64,000 nucleotides of DNA from Felis catus (Eukaryota): NCBI RefSeq assembly GCF_018350175.1, contig NC_058374.1, positions 129,518,001 through 129,582,000 of the forward strand. Reading direction: 5' to 3'. The notes beneath the pieces were generated by a model. The model saw nothing but the letters and a program-made list of their open reading frames with translations. It was not told the DNA's origin and made no database searches. Shown piece after piece: positions 50,220-62,902 of this stretch (positions are counted from its first letter, which is position 1; every line of letters starts with the position of its first letter). The translations under genes and the position numbers were made by a program.

Positions 50220-51800
50220 AAACCACCGAACTCTAGTCCTGTGTTTCTAACTGCCTGATAAATATTGCCACCTGGATGCCTTGGGTCCCTCAGACCCACG
50301 TGTCACTGACTAAGCTCATCATCCCGTCGCCCAAACCTGCATCTCCTCCTCCATCTGCTTCTGTGTTCTGGGCCCTTCCAGTCAGCCCAGACTCAAAACT
50401 ATATGCTGCGTCGTTTCTCTTGACGCTTTATTACGAAATTTTCCAAACCAAAAGCTTTGAAATGGTACAGTGAGCACAATATGCCCCCCAGTGAGATTCT
50501 GTAGTTATTATCTTGCCGTCTCCCTCATGAGACATCTGTCCATCCACCTTTTACAAAGTAGTTTGAAGTAAATTATAGATCTCTCACATCGCATCGCTGA
50601 ACGCTTCAGCCTGCGTGTCATTAACTTAAGTTCATCATTTGTTGTCAGGACTTTTTTTTTTTCATGGTAGACTTACGTGCAGATGTGCATGGGGTCAGTC
50701 TACCACTGGGTGAGTTTTGACAAATGCATACGCCCGTGTGACCACACCTGTCAAGACAGACATTCCCATCGTCCCAAACAGCTTTCTCGTGCCCCTTGCC
50801 TGTCGGTCCCCGCCCCAGAGCCACCCACTGTTCTGGCTGCTTCCCAGTCTGATGGCGCATTTTTGCATCTCCGCCTCCCTGCTTTCCCTCTCCTGTAGCT
50901 CCACTCAAGGACTGTGCCCAATATCCTTCCTCCTTAATCATCCCCATGCCTTTATGTCCTCCGTTACCACTGTTCCATCCCGGACCTCATCCCTCCCTGT
51001 ACGTAATGCAGTAAATGGCCTCCTTTCTGTTTCTTCTCCCATGCAATTACTACACCCTGATGCCAGAATGTTCTTAAGTACCACTTTGATGCCAACAGTC
51101 CTCTGGTTCAGCATCTTCAGTGGATCCTTCCCGCCTTCACATTCGACCCTAAGCTCCGAGAGGACCAGGGTCCTGTCTGTCACGCTCTCCACTTCATCCC
51201 TAGCACTGAACCCGCAGTCTGGCCCGCTGTATTTAGTCCATAGATGCTTGCTGAATGACTAAATATCAAAGTTAGTCCATAGATGCTTGTCGAATGAGTA
51301 GATAATCAAGGTCCAGACCCGAGGCCAAGCATCATAATTGTCTGTGATTTAGCCTTCAGCCTTCCTTCTCAGCTGTCCCCCTTAGTCGGCTTTACATGCA
51401 CTGTGGGGAAACCATTCTTGGCCCCTACGTTCTTCCCTCTACTCCTCTGCTCATTTTTTGTAGTGATCTTCTTCCGTATTCTCCTTCCTATACTGAAGCT
51501 CTGCCTTCCCTTCAAGACCTAATCAAGTGCCGCCGCCTCCAAGACATGCTGCCCCTCCGGCCACAATTGTGACTTCCCCTGCCAGCTGGCTGTGGGAAGT
51601 CACTGCACTTAACTTTCCCTAACATTCGGGTTTTCTATGCATGTATTCCATTTCCCCTGTTAAAGACGGTAAGCTCCTTGAGGGTGCCGTAGCTCCTTAG
51701 GGGCTGTTGTGGTCACTTTACCGTCCCCTTCATCTCCTCAATGCCCTTGGTAGGCATTTTGTGATGCATGTAAAGTGAATGAAGTGGGTGCAGACCTAGT
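50220..51800. mobile_element. L2 fragments interrupted by old L1M pieces
   Basis: CCACCTGGATGCC...AAGCTCATCATC (L2); GGGTGAGTTTTGACAAATGCATAC (L1M); L2-like 3' ends. Confidence 0.65.
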
Positions 51801-52798
51801 ACTGAAAAGGTGTGTCAGGAGCAAATTGTAAGAATCTTGAATAGTTAAGCGCTTGGCAACGGGCACTTCGGGCTTATGGGCAGGACTTAGATATGCTCCA
51901 CATGGTCGTGTAAGAAAAAATGATAGCGTGGCGGCAGGTGGGTGAGACCAAGGAGAGGTTGTGACAGACCGTGCAGGAGGTTATTATAGTCCAAGGTCTG
52001 GGGGACTGGAAAAGCCTGGTAGAGATTCAGAAGAGGCTCTGAAGGGAAAACCGATAAGGTCTGGCAGCAGGGCTTGGATCTGAGAAGGCGGAAACATACA
52101 TGAGGGTAAAGGTGTCCCTTAAGATTTTGAACCTGGGTGCCTTGGAAAATAAAATTATAATCTCTTCAAGTGTGGGACTTCCTTATAATTCCCCCACGGG
52201 GCTAGCAGTTGCTAGTAAAAAATGAACGGTAGTTTACAGCAAAAATTGTATTAGGACTCAGCATTTGATCGTGACTATCCAAACCTGAAGTAGTCATACT
52301 CTGAATGTAATCATTTATTTATCCAGCAAATACTTATGGAACACGTACCATGTTGTTTTAAACCGGACCTCTGCATAAAAATTTCTCGTGGGGTTTAAAA
52401 AAAAAAAAATTCCTTTCCCGGGTTTTATTTCAGTATAGAAAAGAACTAAAAGTCCACCTAGAGGTCAAAAGGAAAGCTTTAGGAATAGCGTCCCCCCAGA
52501 CTACAGCGAGCAGAGGCTGGCTCTCCCACTGGTAGAAACACGGAAAGCCTCTGTGCACTTCCTGCTTGGATCCTATGACCAGCACTGGCACAAAAGTAGA
52601 GAAGCGAGAAGGATGGGTCTTTTGGGAGAAGATAAGTCAGGTTTAGATTTTTTTAAGATATAAGCGTGAAGCGATTCAAGGCTAAGAGTGTGGGCTGGGG
52701 AGCCACACCACTTGGGTTCAAAGCCTGGCTCTGCCACTTACAAGCTGTGTGCTATTGGGCAAGTGACATAACTTCTCCACGTACAAAGTGTGGATGGT

Positions 52799-53251
52799 GG
52801 GGCGCCTGGGTGGCTCAGTTGAGCGTCCAACTTCAGCTCAGGTCCTGATCTTGTGGTCCGTGAGTTCGAGCCCCACATCAGGCTCTGTGCTGACAGCTCA
52901 GAGCCTGGAGCCTGCTTCAGATTCTGTGTCTCCCTCTCTCTCTCTGTCCCTCCCTTGCTCATGCTCTGTCTCTCTCTGTCTCAAAAATAAATTAATAAAA
53001 ACATTTAAAAAAAAATTTTTTTTTTTTTAAAAGAAGGTGTGGATGATGACAGACCTACCTGATAGGGTCGTTAAGGGTTAAATGAGGCAATAATACATGT
53101 AAAAGGCAGCCAACCCACAGGGGCACCATTGGGTTGTTTTTTTGTTTTTTTTAAGAGTTTTAAGTAACCTTTGCACCCAATATGGGGCTTGAACTTACAA
53201 CCCCCAGATCAAGAGTCACATCCTCTGCTGACTAAGCCAACCAGGTGCCCC
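52799..53251. mobile_element. CAN-SINE (+, 52799-~53030) within a MIR, followed by a short old CAN-SINE (-, ~53135-53251)
   Basis: Heads and tails visible; GTGTGGATG duplicated around the first copy. Confidence 0.88.
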
Positions 53252-56200
53252 TGGATATTTTACATTTATTACATTTACTTCAAAAGAAACAGCAGTGTGT
53301 GACATCTGTCAAACACCTTGGGAACTACCAGCTCGAGGTAATTCATGGTTGCTACGTCTTATCACACGACATTCCTTTCAATAATGCCCCGTCTTTTCGA
53401 AGCTGGTCTTCTGTGATGGCTGTGATAAAAAGCAAGTGCCATGTGAAAAGCCATGTGGGCACCCAGCTAAGTCTGGGAACTGTGGCTCTGCACATTAGTG
53501 AGCGTTCAGTAGGAGCTGTTTTCAGTGTCCTCTCGGAGAAGTTCCAGAGAGCGATAGACACGCAAGAGCTGGGGCTCAGCAGAGCAGGTGGGGCTCGGGT
53601 GAGGGTGGGGCGCTCCTGCACAAGAAATGAGGTCCCTGAGCAGAGAGCGCAGAGCAGAATCTGGTACGGTGCGCACAACGGGGCGCCGGAGAAGGCAGAG
53701 GGGGCCGCTGTGTGGGAGGAGAAACCAGAGAGGGGTCAGCGTGGCAGAAGTGAAGAGCAGACCGTTGGGGAGTAGACTGGACTCCCACTAGAGGGAGGAG
53801 GAGTTCACGTGCGGCAGGGAGAGTGGGAGTCCATGCAGGAGTGAGAAGCGAGGGCAGCAGGGGTGGCACTCTCACCGGGTAGTCTTGATACAGACCAGGG
53901 GATTGAACTCTGTCTCCGGTGGAAGGTCACACTCTCAGTGTTGAGCTGTGTTTGGGGAGTGGCTTTTTGTTGTCGTGTTTGCGTGCTTGTGCGTTGGCTC
54001 ATTGTTGAATCCCGCTTTCTGAGAAGGGGTAGCGAAGTCATCTGGTAACGTCTTGATGATTTCCCCCTGGGATCATCCCGTGGAGGGGAAGCTCTTGTTC
54101 ATGCCGGTAACGTTTCAAAGACACCTTACTTTGGGTTTTGCTAAATCACTAAAAGCCCATTCGCTGCCATTCAGAATAATATCTGTGATGTTGCCGCTCC
54201 AGAGGCACGCCTTCGGTTATCTGTATGTTTCCAGAATGTTCATACTTCCTGTAAGCAAGCCGAGGCCAGCCAGGTGGCCTTGTGTCTGGCTCACTCAGGC
54301 GTTGTTGCTGATGGAGTAGCACACTGACTCGTGGCACTGCGTGTGTCCTCTCGCTGATGACACTGAAGCTGAGGTACAGCATCGATACGGTAGAAGTCAG
54401 CCGCTGCCCTCTACCGAGTGCCTGCCGTGCGCCAGTGTCTCTTCGGCATCTGACCTCTCGGACTGCCTTGACTGATAGGAGAAGCCGAGAAGACAAGACG
54501 AGGGTGTTAGCATAGGTCTCCTTAACCCCAAGCCTGGACTTTCTCAACTCTTGCCACGTGCCCTTCTGAAGCCTCAAGAGACGGTTGTCCGGTGCCATGT
54601 GCCTTCATCGCAGCCAACGGTAGGTTCTGGGGTAAAGGAAACCGATGCGGCGGCCAGCGTCTCAACTAGTGTCTGAGATTCGTCCCACTGAGGTGCACAG
54701 ACCTTGTTTGTAAGTCGAGTGTGATGAAGCGCAGACAGCTTGGGCTCACACGCGGCCGTCCTGGGTCCTTGTCCTAGTCTGCTGCTTAACCAGCTGTGCT
54801 CTCCAGCGATGCTTCCTCCCTGCTCGCTTGTAAAACGCAGTTGTGTATACGCGCAACACGCTCCGCACGGGCCCGTCTCCGGAAACAGCTGCGGTTGCAC
54901 TTACCGTTGCTTCTGTCCTAAGTTCTTCAAAAGCAGAAAGTAAGCTTGAAAACATCTTTCTTAAGCTTTTCTTCTCAACCGGTCGTTTCACATGACCTCG
55001 ACGAAGCAAGGAGACGATGCTTTTATGGTTTTCTTTGGCTTTGCTTCATAATATAACACCCACCTGATAGGAAGCAGACTCTGCATTTATCCCACCTGTC
55101 TGGGCAACAGTTAAGATCTAGAAAGAAAACAGCGTTTCCAAGGAGCAAAAGCCAGCACCCTTCAGCCCGCTGGAGCGCTTCCTGGGCAGGGGAAGGAACG
55201 CTGGCCAGAGAGGCGTCGCCGGACCTCCCTGACCCTGTTCCGTTCTTTGCAGAAGAGCGAACATACCTGGCCCACCTCACGTGTGGGGGTGCCCTGAAAA
55301 TCAGATGAGGGAGTGGAGGGGACTCACGCTCCTCCCCTTTGGCACACAGTCCTCAGACTTTGTTATCCATCTTGTACGTATTCTGCACAACGTAAGTTGT
55401 GCCGGGCACGCGCCGGGTGCTATGGATTAAAGACGAGTAAGTGCAGTGCCAGCGTCCTGCCAACTCCGAGCTTTGGGTGTAGGAAGAGGGGTCGGAAAGT
55501 ATTCAGTGCGTCGAGCCCCCCCCCCCCCCCCAGGCACGTGCCGAGGGAGCACGGGGGGGAGCCTGGGGTGCCAGAGAAGGTTCCCTCCAGCGGCACGTAT
55601 CATCTGAACCAGATCTCAGGGCCAGCTAGGAATTATCAGGTGGAAGTGAGGAGTGGGCTTTCAGGCAAGGAGTGAAAGATGCGTTGAAGGGACTGAGATG
55701 CCAGGAGGCAGAGGATGTTCAGAGAAGCACAGAAGTGCGCATGCGTGTGTGCGCGTGTGTGAGATGGAGGCAGCAGAAGTTCGGGAGTAACCGTGTGGAA
55801 GGAGGAAGCATTGCTGCACCTGCCTCCGAGGACGGGGCGGTGGAGCTGGGGGAGCGATCGTAAGCCACGACCACAAGAGTCTAGCTGTGGTTTCAAATGC
55901 GTCCCGAGCGCTGCACTAGGCGTTCGTCGGTGGTATTTCGGTGAGTCTCCACAAGAACCCGGTGAGGCGTAGACGTTCTCCTCTCCGTCTCCCAGAAGCA
56001 AGCTCAAGGGAGCGAAGTAACCTGCCCAGGGCACAGTCCTGTTCAGGGGCAGAGCGGGACTCTGAACCCACGATCTTTGTGATTGTGGGGCCCGTGCTCC
56101 TTCCGTTATACAGAGAGGATGTCTGCCTTCCACCCAGTGGTGCGCCGTGAGAGATGGCGCAAGTGCAGAGTGCGTTTTAGGAAGATTTCCGTTCAGAACG

Positions 56201-56427
56201 GTTCAGGTAGAAGCTTTGCTGTGAAAACCTTACTTCTCTGGCACCCTCTCCTTTAGCCAGATCAGATTTAGGGATCTCGGTCAAATTAGTTCAGGAGAAC
56301 ATCAGGTGGTATCGTGGTTACAGGCGCGGGCTTCGAAGCCAGACCGGCTGCGTTTGGACGCTCGCCCCGCCACTCCTGCATGTCTGACCCTGCATCTCGG
56401 TTTCCTCATCTTTAAAATGGCAGGAGT

Positions 56428-56700
56428 GGGGCGCCCAGCTGCCTCAGTCAGTTGAGCGTCCGACTTCGGCTCAGGTCATGATCTCACGGTTCGTGAGTTC
56501 AAGCCCCACATCGGGCTCTGTGCTGACAGCTCGGAGCCTGGAGCCTGCTTCAGATTCTGGGTTTTTTTAATGGCAGGAATGGGGCGCCCAGCTGGCTCAG
56601 TCAGAAGAGCATGTAACTCTCAGCCTTGGGGTCATGAGTTGGACCCCCATGTTAGGTACACAGATTACTTTTAAAAGTTAAAAAAAATTTTAAATAAAAC
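56428..56700 (+). mobile_element. 3'-truncated CAN-SINE followed by a short old CAN-SINE, within a MIR
   Basis: Two heads (56428, 56582), both starting GGGGCGCCCAGCTG. Confidence 0.85.
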
Positions 56701-56919
56701 GGCAGTAATAATGGAATTTACCTCACAGGGTTGTTGCAAGGTTTAAGTGAGTTTCTAGAGATAACACTGTCCTACAGCACCTCCTATACGGTATTAGTAT
56801 TAATGAAGCACTTGTGTTCTTGTCATCAGCAGAAGAAAGCCAAGTTTTATTTTTAAGATTCGTAAGTTATGTTTTGCCTTAATCCCCAAGTGTTTTAGCC
56901 TTTAAAAGTTCTTAAACCA

Positions 56920-57143
56920 GGGGCGCCTGGGTGGCGCAGTCGGTTGAGCGTCCGACTTCAGCCAGGTCACGATCTCGCGGTCCGTGAGTTCGAGCCCCGC
57001 GTCGGGCTCTGGGCTGATGGCTCAGAGCCTGGAGCCTGTTTCCGATTCTGTGTCTCCCTCTCTCTCTGCCCCTCCCCCGTTCATGCTCTGTCTCTCTCTA
57101 TCCCAAAAAAAAAAAAAAAAAAAAAAAAAAGTTGAAGAAAAAA
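56920..57143 (+). mobile_element. Young SINEC_Fc
   Basis: Perfect TSD TAAAAGTTCTTAAACCAG at 56903-56920 and 57144-57161. Confidence 0.96.
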
Positions 57144-57273
57144 TAAAAGTTCTTAAACCAGAGTCTTGGGTGGGCTTGAAGAGGGATTTTCATCAGATTG
57201 TCAAAGAGTTCTATTTCCCAAAGGAGTTAAACATGACTACTTTATAAAAAGCATTAAGAAGTTTACTCTTTGA

Positions 57274-57458
57274 GGGATTCCTGGAGGGATCTGTCGGTTA
57301 AGTGTCTGACTCTTGATTTTGGCTTAGGTCAAGATCCCAGGGTCATGGGGTTGAGCCCTGCATTGGGCTCTGTACTGAGCGTGGAGCCTGCTTGAGATTC
57401 TCTCTCTCCCTTTGCCCCCTCCCCCACTCGCACTCTCTCTTTCTAAAAGGAAAAAAAA
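57274..57458 (+). mobile_element. Older CAN-SINE
   Basis: Diverged head; TTACTCTTTGA duplicated on both sides. Confidence 0.85.
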
Positions 57459-58254
57459 GTTACTCTTTGAAAGGTCTTGATACAGCGATACATGTCATCA
57501 AACACTTAAAAGGAGGTTATGGCTGCAAAATTACAACATTGTGAGTCACAGTGGATCTGTTGGCAGATCATCTGCTACTAATAGTAAAGTATCCAAGTTT
57601 TTGAAATACTAACATTTTATTAGGGGGAGTCAACATTGTTCCCGATGTAACCACTGAGATCCACTTGCAGTAGTGTATGTTTTCTTGCATTAGGAAGTCT
57701 AGAGTGGAATTACTGGCCTTGTATCTGGAGTCACATGGAAATGTTTTGTGTGCATAGAGATCATCCATTATTTGTATATTTCTAACTACTAAACTACATT
57801 TAGAAAAATCTTTGTGCCCTGGAAAAAGTTTAACTGTTGAGTTTGAATTCCGAACTTTAGGTCCACAGACAGGAGTTGCATTTTGCACAGTGGTTAGGTT
57901 CTAAGGTCAGCACCTAAGGTGGGAATTGTAAGTAGTTCAGGTTCCCTGAAAACCCCTCAGGAAGGCTGGCTTCACAACCAAAAGGTGACAGACTGCGGGT
58001 CCAACAGAACGTCAGCCCAGTGCAGCTGGGTCCTTCTCGGCACCAGGTGAAGTCATTGGCTTAGGCTCAGAAGCCATAATTATTATTTTTTCAATTACGT
58101 TAGCTACACGTGTCAGAATCACACTTGGGTAGTGAGTTGTGCACACTGAAAGAGACATACAGGAGTTCTCCAGGACAAGCAGGTGTATGTTCTTTGTCAC
58201 ACTCGCTCCAAGGAATAGGTTCGTAGCATAGAATCACCCCAACTAATCAGTCAA

Positions 58255-58258
<4 letters not shown>

Positions 58259-58312
<54 letters not shown>
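58259..58312. repeat. (TC)n microsatellite
   Basis: About 27 perfect TC units. Confidence 0.98.
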
Positions 58313-58317
<5 letters not shown>

Positions 58318-58724
58318 TGGCCAAATATAGAACTTACATGAACTCCTGTCTATGTAGTGCCCCTCCATTGTATCTGGGGCCCAATAAAGGGGGATTTGAA
58401 AGAAGGGAGCGTTAGTTAAAAACCTTGGAACATTTGGGGATATGAAGCTGCTCCTAAATTACTAACCAAACGCAGCACCCAGAACTCACTTCTGTCGCGT
58501 CTCTAAACAGGACTGGCTTCACCAGTAGAATACTAAAAATAGGACCTTCACTATTTAAACGAAACTGTTAAAGTAAAGGCCTTGCTGCTATTTTCTTTAC
58601 CTGATTTAGGCCAGATGATTTCACTTTATCATCCTTCTCCAAAATTCCCTATTTTTAAAAAAAGCTTGTATTGGCCTTTTGGATGCTACAACTTCTATTT
58701 TGAAAGATACAGAGGGAATAGAAA

Positions 58725-59300
58725 AGAACTTATAGTAGTTTTCCATAGGAGCATAACAAATTACCGCAGATTTAGCAGTGTGCAACGACATCCACTGTTA
58801 TCTCCCAGTTCTGTACCTCGGAAGTCCAGATAGGGCTCAGCTGGGCTCTCAGTCTCTCCCAACACTGAATCAGGGTTTGGGCCAGAACTGTGTTCTTCCC
58901 TGAGGCGAGCGAGGGCTCCTTCCTCTTCAGGTTGTTGGCAGTTCGTTCATGTTGTCGGCAGTATTCCGTTCTTTATAGTTGTAGAACTCATGGCAACCTC
59001 TTTTCCTAAAGTTCAGGGTCAGTATGTCTGATGTTGTGTCTCATCCCTTTCAAGGGCTCACCTGAGTGACCGTGGTAAGTCAGGCTGAGTCAGGATGGTC
59101 TCCCTTTTGATTAAGTAAGATTCATCGGGACCTAAACTAGTGTGCAAAGTCCCTTTTGCCATACAACGTAACAGCCACGGGAATGATAGCCCGCCACATT
59201 CACCAGTCCTACTCACGCTCACAGGGATGGCACTATACGGGGCATGTGACCAGGGGGCAGAAATCTTGGGAGCCGTCTTGGAATTCTGCCTGCCACAGAA
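58725..59300. mobile_element. MLT1-type MaLR LTR
   Basis: GCATAACAAATTACC...TTAGCAG...TTGGAATTCTGCCTGCCACA. Confidence 0.7.
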
Positions 59301-60042
59301 GTGATGCTGTCATAACGTTACTGCGTACCTACTGAAGTGCCACATACTGTTTGATTAATTCCCACCTTGGAGTTAAAATGGTATTATCCAAGTTTTACTC
59401 ACAGGAAAACTATAGCTCAGGGAGATGAAGCAGTTTGTGTGGCTAACAAATAGTGTGGTCAGGATTCTGAACCACATCAGTTAGCATCCAAAGCCCAGGC
59501 TCTGGTTATTTTGTCACATTATCTCGCTAAATCCTGTCACTCCTTCCTCCCTGCTTGCGGAGGTGTCACAATACAGTAAAGAATAAACATGCTCCAAGTA
59601 ACACAAAGCAATTTGTTGAAGTGAGACAGGTTCATCTTACGTTGACTACCAAAGAATTGTTTTCAATTGTTTACCTGCTTCCCACATTGGACCACAAGAA
59701 TGTGAATAATAAAATAATGATAAACTACAACTAACAGGAAAAGCAGGATCAGGGAAATTATAACACTAGAAATCAAAACCAGAGGAACAAAACAAACAGA
59801 TTTGGCTCTTGGCTTTCTGGTCCCAAAGTAAAGGGAAATAATATGATTCTTCTTTTCAAAGATGAGAAAAATAGACGCTCCAGGAGAGGCAAAGATTTTC
59901 TCAGCACAGAGTTCTCAAACACATGACGTGGGATTGTATATAGGTGAATGAAGGGCTTTACAAGTAATTATCAAGTAGCTGCAACAACGTGAAAGATCTA
60001 GAAATGATTTAGCATGTGGTTTTTACCTTCTGAAGTAAAACT

Positions 60043-60160
60043 GGGGGTGCCTGGCTAGCTCAGTCAGTAGAGCACGTGACTCGATCTCGGAGTTGTGAGT
60101 TCCAGCCCCGCTTTGGGTATAAAGATTACTAAAAACTAAAATCTTTTAAAATAAAAGTAA
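60043..60160 (+). mobile_element. Short old CAN-SINE
   Basis: GGGGTGCCTGGCTAGCTCAGTCAGTAGAGCA...GATTACTAAAAA. Confidence 0.85.
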
Positions 60161-60368
60161 AGCTGATGTGCATTAATTAAATACTAAGTATCATTAAAAG
60201 TGAAACATAATTAAAAGTTATCCTGTTTAGGAAGCTGGTTAGTGGTTCCGAACTGTTCCCTAGATGAAAAAGTATAGGTCTCTTTTCTGTTTTGTGACCG
60301 TGGCTTCAGGGTTGCTCAACCTGTGTTCTAATGAAGTCTTCCCCTGTTCTGTTTCCACGTGACACCAG

Positions 60369-60450
60369 CCAAAAAAGAAGAACATGTCTGCCTACCAGGT
60401 GTTCTGTAAAGAGTATCGTGTAACCATCGTGGCTGACCATCCAGGTATAG
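60369..60450 (+). CDS. HMGXB4: HMGXB4 exon 6 (82 bp), start of HMG box: PKKKNMSAYQVFCKEYRVTIVADHPGI
   Basis: Acceptor CACCAG|, donor TAG|GTAAGG; HMG-box helix-1 signature. Confidence 0.96.
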
Positions 60451-61363
60451 GTAAGGACATTTCTCATCCTCAGCTTTGTTCTGTCCGTCTTTATCTCAGA
60501 AACAGTGCAGTGAATTCAGCCAGTCAGCAGGCAGCTTCTTCCTATGGTACTGAAATACCACAAAGCTCATGTTTCTTCCCCCCTCTTGCCCTGTTCTGAA
60601 GTCACTTTAGGTTCTGCCTTAGTCCACCCGTCCCTGGAAGAGATAAGCTTTCTGTTTATATCCCTCAAAGTGAGAAAATGGGACACTGAATAAAACTAAA
60701 TGTTAGGGAGCCCTGCACATAAACCTGCAGTTGTTCGCTGCTGTGATTCCCCGGCTGACCTTTCCCTCTGGCCCCTGGGTGTGAGTTACAGCGAGGCGAC
60801 TTGCATTGCTTCTGTCCGTCTCTGTGTCAGAAGTTAGCGAGGTGAGAGAAACACTCTGCCACAGACCTTGACAAGTCACGTAACCTCCACAGATCTCATT
60901 TGCCTGATGGGTACAGTGGCTTCACAACCTTCTCATCGAGGTTGTTGTGAGGCCCACGTGAAGCACCGTAGCAGATAGGAGCGCTTTATAAAGCATGACC
61001 TTGCTGTGCCGATGGAAGGGCAGCGTTACACTTCTCAAGGGTTGCTTCTGGGCTACTCGAGGGAAATTCCTCTTTGGTTCTCCGCTCTCAAAACTTGGTA
61101 AAAATCTAACGTTTTCTATCAAATTCTACACAACACATCTTCTTTAACCTAAGTGGATAAGCTCTGTATAATGAGGTCAAATTGAAAGGCCCCCGAAAGA
61201 GGCTGAAGGGATAAATCTCTGGAGAATAGGTGTGTGAGAATCTGAGCCTATCTCATGACCACCCAGTAGCCCCTTCCTTCCCTAGAGAAAAGAAGCAAGA
61301 CAAGCGTTGGGGTTTTAGTGTGGTTTTCTGAAAGAACCTTGTGCTATTTAAATCTGAGCTGGG

Positions 61364-61590
61364 GGGGCACCTGGGTGGCTCAGTCGGTTGAGCGTCCGAC
61401 TTCAGCTCAGGTCACGATCTCGCGGTCCGTGAGTTCGAGCCCCGCATCGGGCTCTGGGCTGATGGCTCAGAGCCTGGAGCCTGCTTCCGATTCTGTGTCT
61501 CCCTCTCTCTCTGCCCCTCCCCTGTTCATGCTCTGTCTCTCTCTGTCTCAATAATAAATAAAATGTTAAAAAAAAAATTAAAAAAAAAAA
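61364..61590 (+). mobile_element. CAN-SINE in intron 6
   Basis: TSD AAATCTGAGCTGGG at 61351-61364 and 61591-61604. Confidence 0.94.
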
Positions 61591-61694
61591 AAAATCTGAG
61601 CTGGGAATTCCTTCTAGTTTTTGCTCTTATCAATCTTCTGTTTGATTTATAGTCCAACCTTTACTGTGTCGCGTTTTTTACCCTTTCATGCCAG

Positions 61695-61759
61695 ACTTCG
61701 GGGAACTTAGTAAAAAACTGGCTGAGGTGTGGAAGCAGTTGCCAGAAAAAGACAAACTG
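61695..61759 (+). CDS. HMGXB4: HMGXB4 exon 7 (65 bp), HMG box: (D)FGELSKKLAEVWKQLPEKDKL
   Basis: Acceptor GCCAG|, donor CTG|GTAAGT; HMG-box helix-2 motif. Confidence 0.96.
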
Positions 61760-61892
61760 GTAAGTACGCTTTCTTACGAACGCAGTTTTCATTGCTTTGT
61801 GCCTTGCAAAATATGTAATTCTTCTGTAGGCCATCAAGCCAACAGTGAAAATGGTGAAAACAAATTATAGATCAATAGAAAATGGTTTGACA

Positions 61893-62125
61893 GGGGCGCC
61901 TGGGTGGCTCAGTTGGGCGTCCGACTTCAGCTCAGGTCATGACCTCATGGTCCGTGGGTTTGAGCCCCACATCGGGCTCTGTGCTGACAGCTCAGAGCTT
62001 GGAGCCTGCTTCGGATTCTGTGTCTCCCTCTCTCTCTGCCCCTCCCCCGCTCATGCTCTGTCTCTCTCTGTCTCAAAAATAAATACAAACATTAAAAAAA
62101 AAAATTAAATAAAAAAAATTAAAAA
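61893..62125 (+). mobile_element. CAN-SINE in intron 7
   Basis: TSD AGAAAATGGTTTGRCAG. Confidence 0.94.
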
Positions 62126-62902
62126 AGAAAATGGTTTGGCAGAGGGCATTAACACTGGCTGGTGCCAATTTACTCTAGTGTGGATCTAACTGCAGGGAGG
62201 CTGTCTTTTCTAGACTCATCTAGTTGTTTTCCAGCAGCCTTCCATTTGAGCCAAAAGGTGACCTGAGTTGGGGAGTGATGAAGGGTTAAAAGAGAATCTA
62301 AGATCAGACCCCTTTCCTGCAAACAGCCACTGGTCAGTAAAGGTCCGAGAACTGAGGAAGGTCATCTGCATCATGGTTACTGCAAATGAGAAAAATATGG
62401 GCTGTGTTTACTAGGTGAGTGGCTTGCAGGCCATCATCCTCATCAGCCAATACCAAATAACATACCCTCCTATCAGGAAGCCGGCAACACAATGATAACT
62501 AGTTCTACTGGAATCATTCACAGTCACTTTTCAACTGGGTGATGTGAAGGTTGGTCTAGGAACTAGAATTACCGTCTTTCTTTACAGCACAGCTCATCTG
62601 GGTGAAGCAGTGAAATTATTGTCACCTGGGTAGGTTATCTTTACTTTCTGTTTTCCGTGTCATTGTCATCCTGTTATTGGCATTGCCAACCAGCAGGTCA
62701 GAAGAACTGTTTGGACCACATGGACATCATACCGAGCTTGGTGTTTACCCTATGATTTTCCATTTCGACCTCCGAGTGATCTCAAATCTCTTCTGAGACC
62801 TAACCATTAGCATGGAGGAACGTTTGCAGTCCTGTACTTAGGTATCACTGTAGTCACCATCTGAAGCCTGTTTGGTAACCCTCAGCGTAAAAGTTAGCAT
62901 TA

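Noticed and set aside
14312-62108. Many similar short ORFs (AQVMIS..SSSP..GSVLTAQSLEPASDSVSPSLS)
   Set aside because: Translations of CAN-SINE copies, not a gene family
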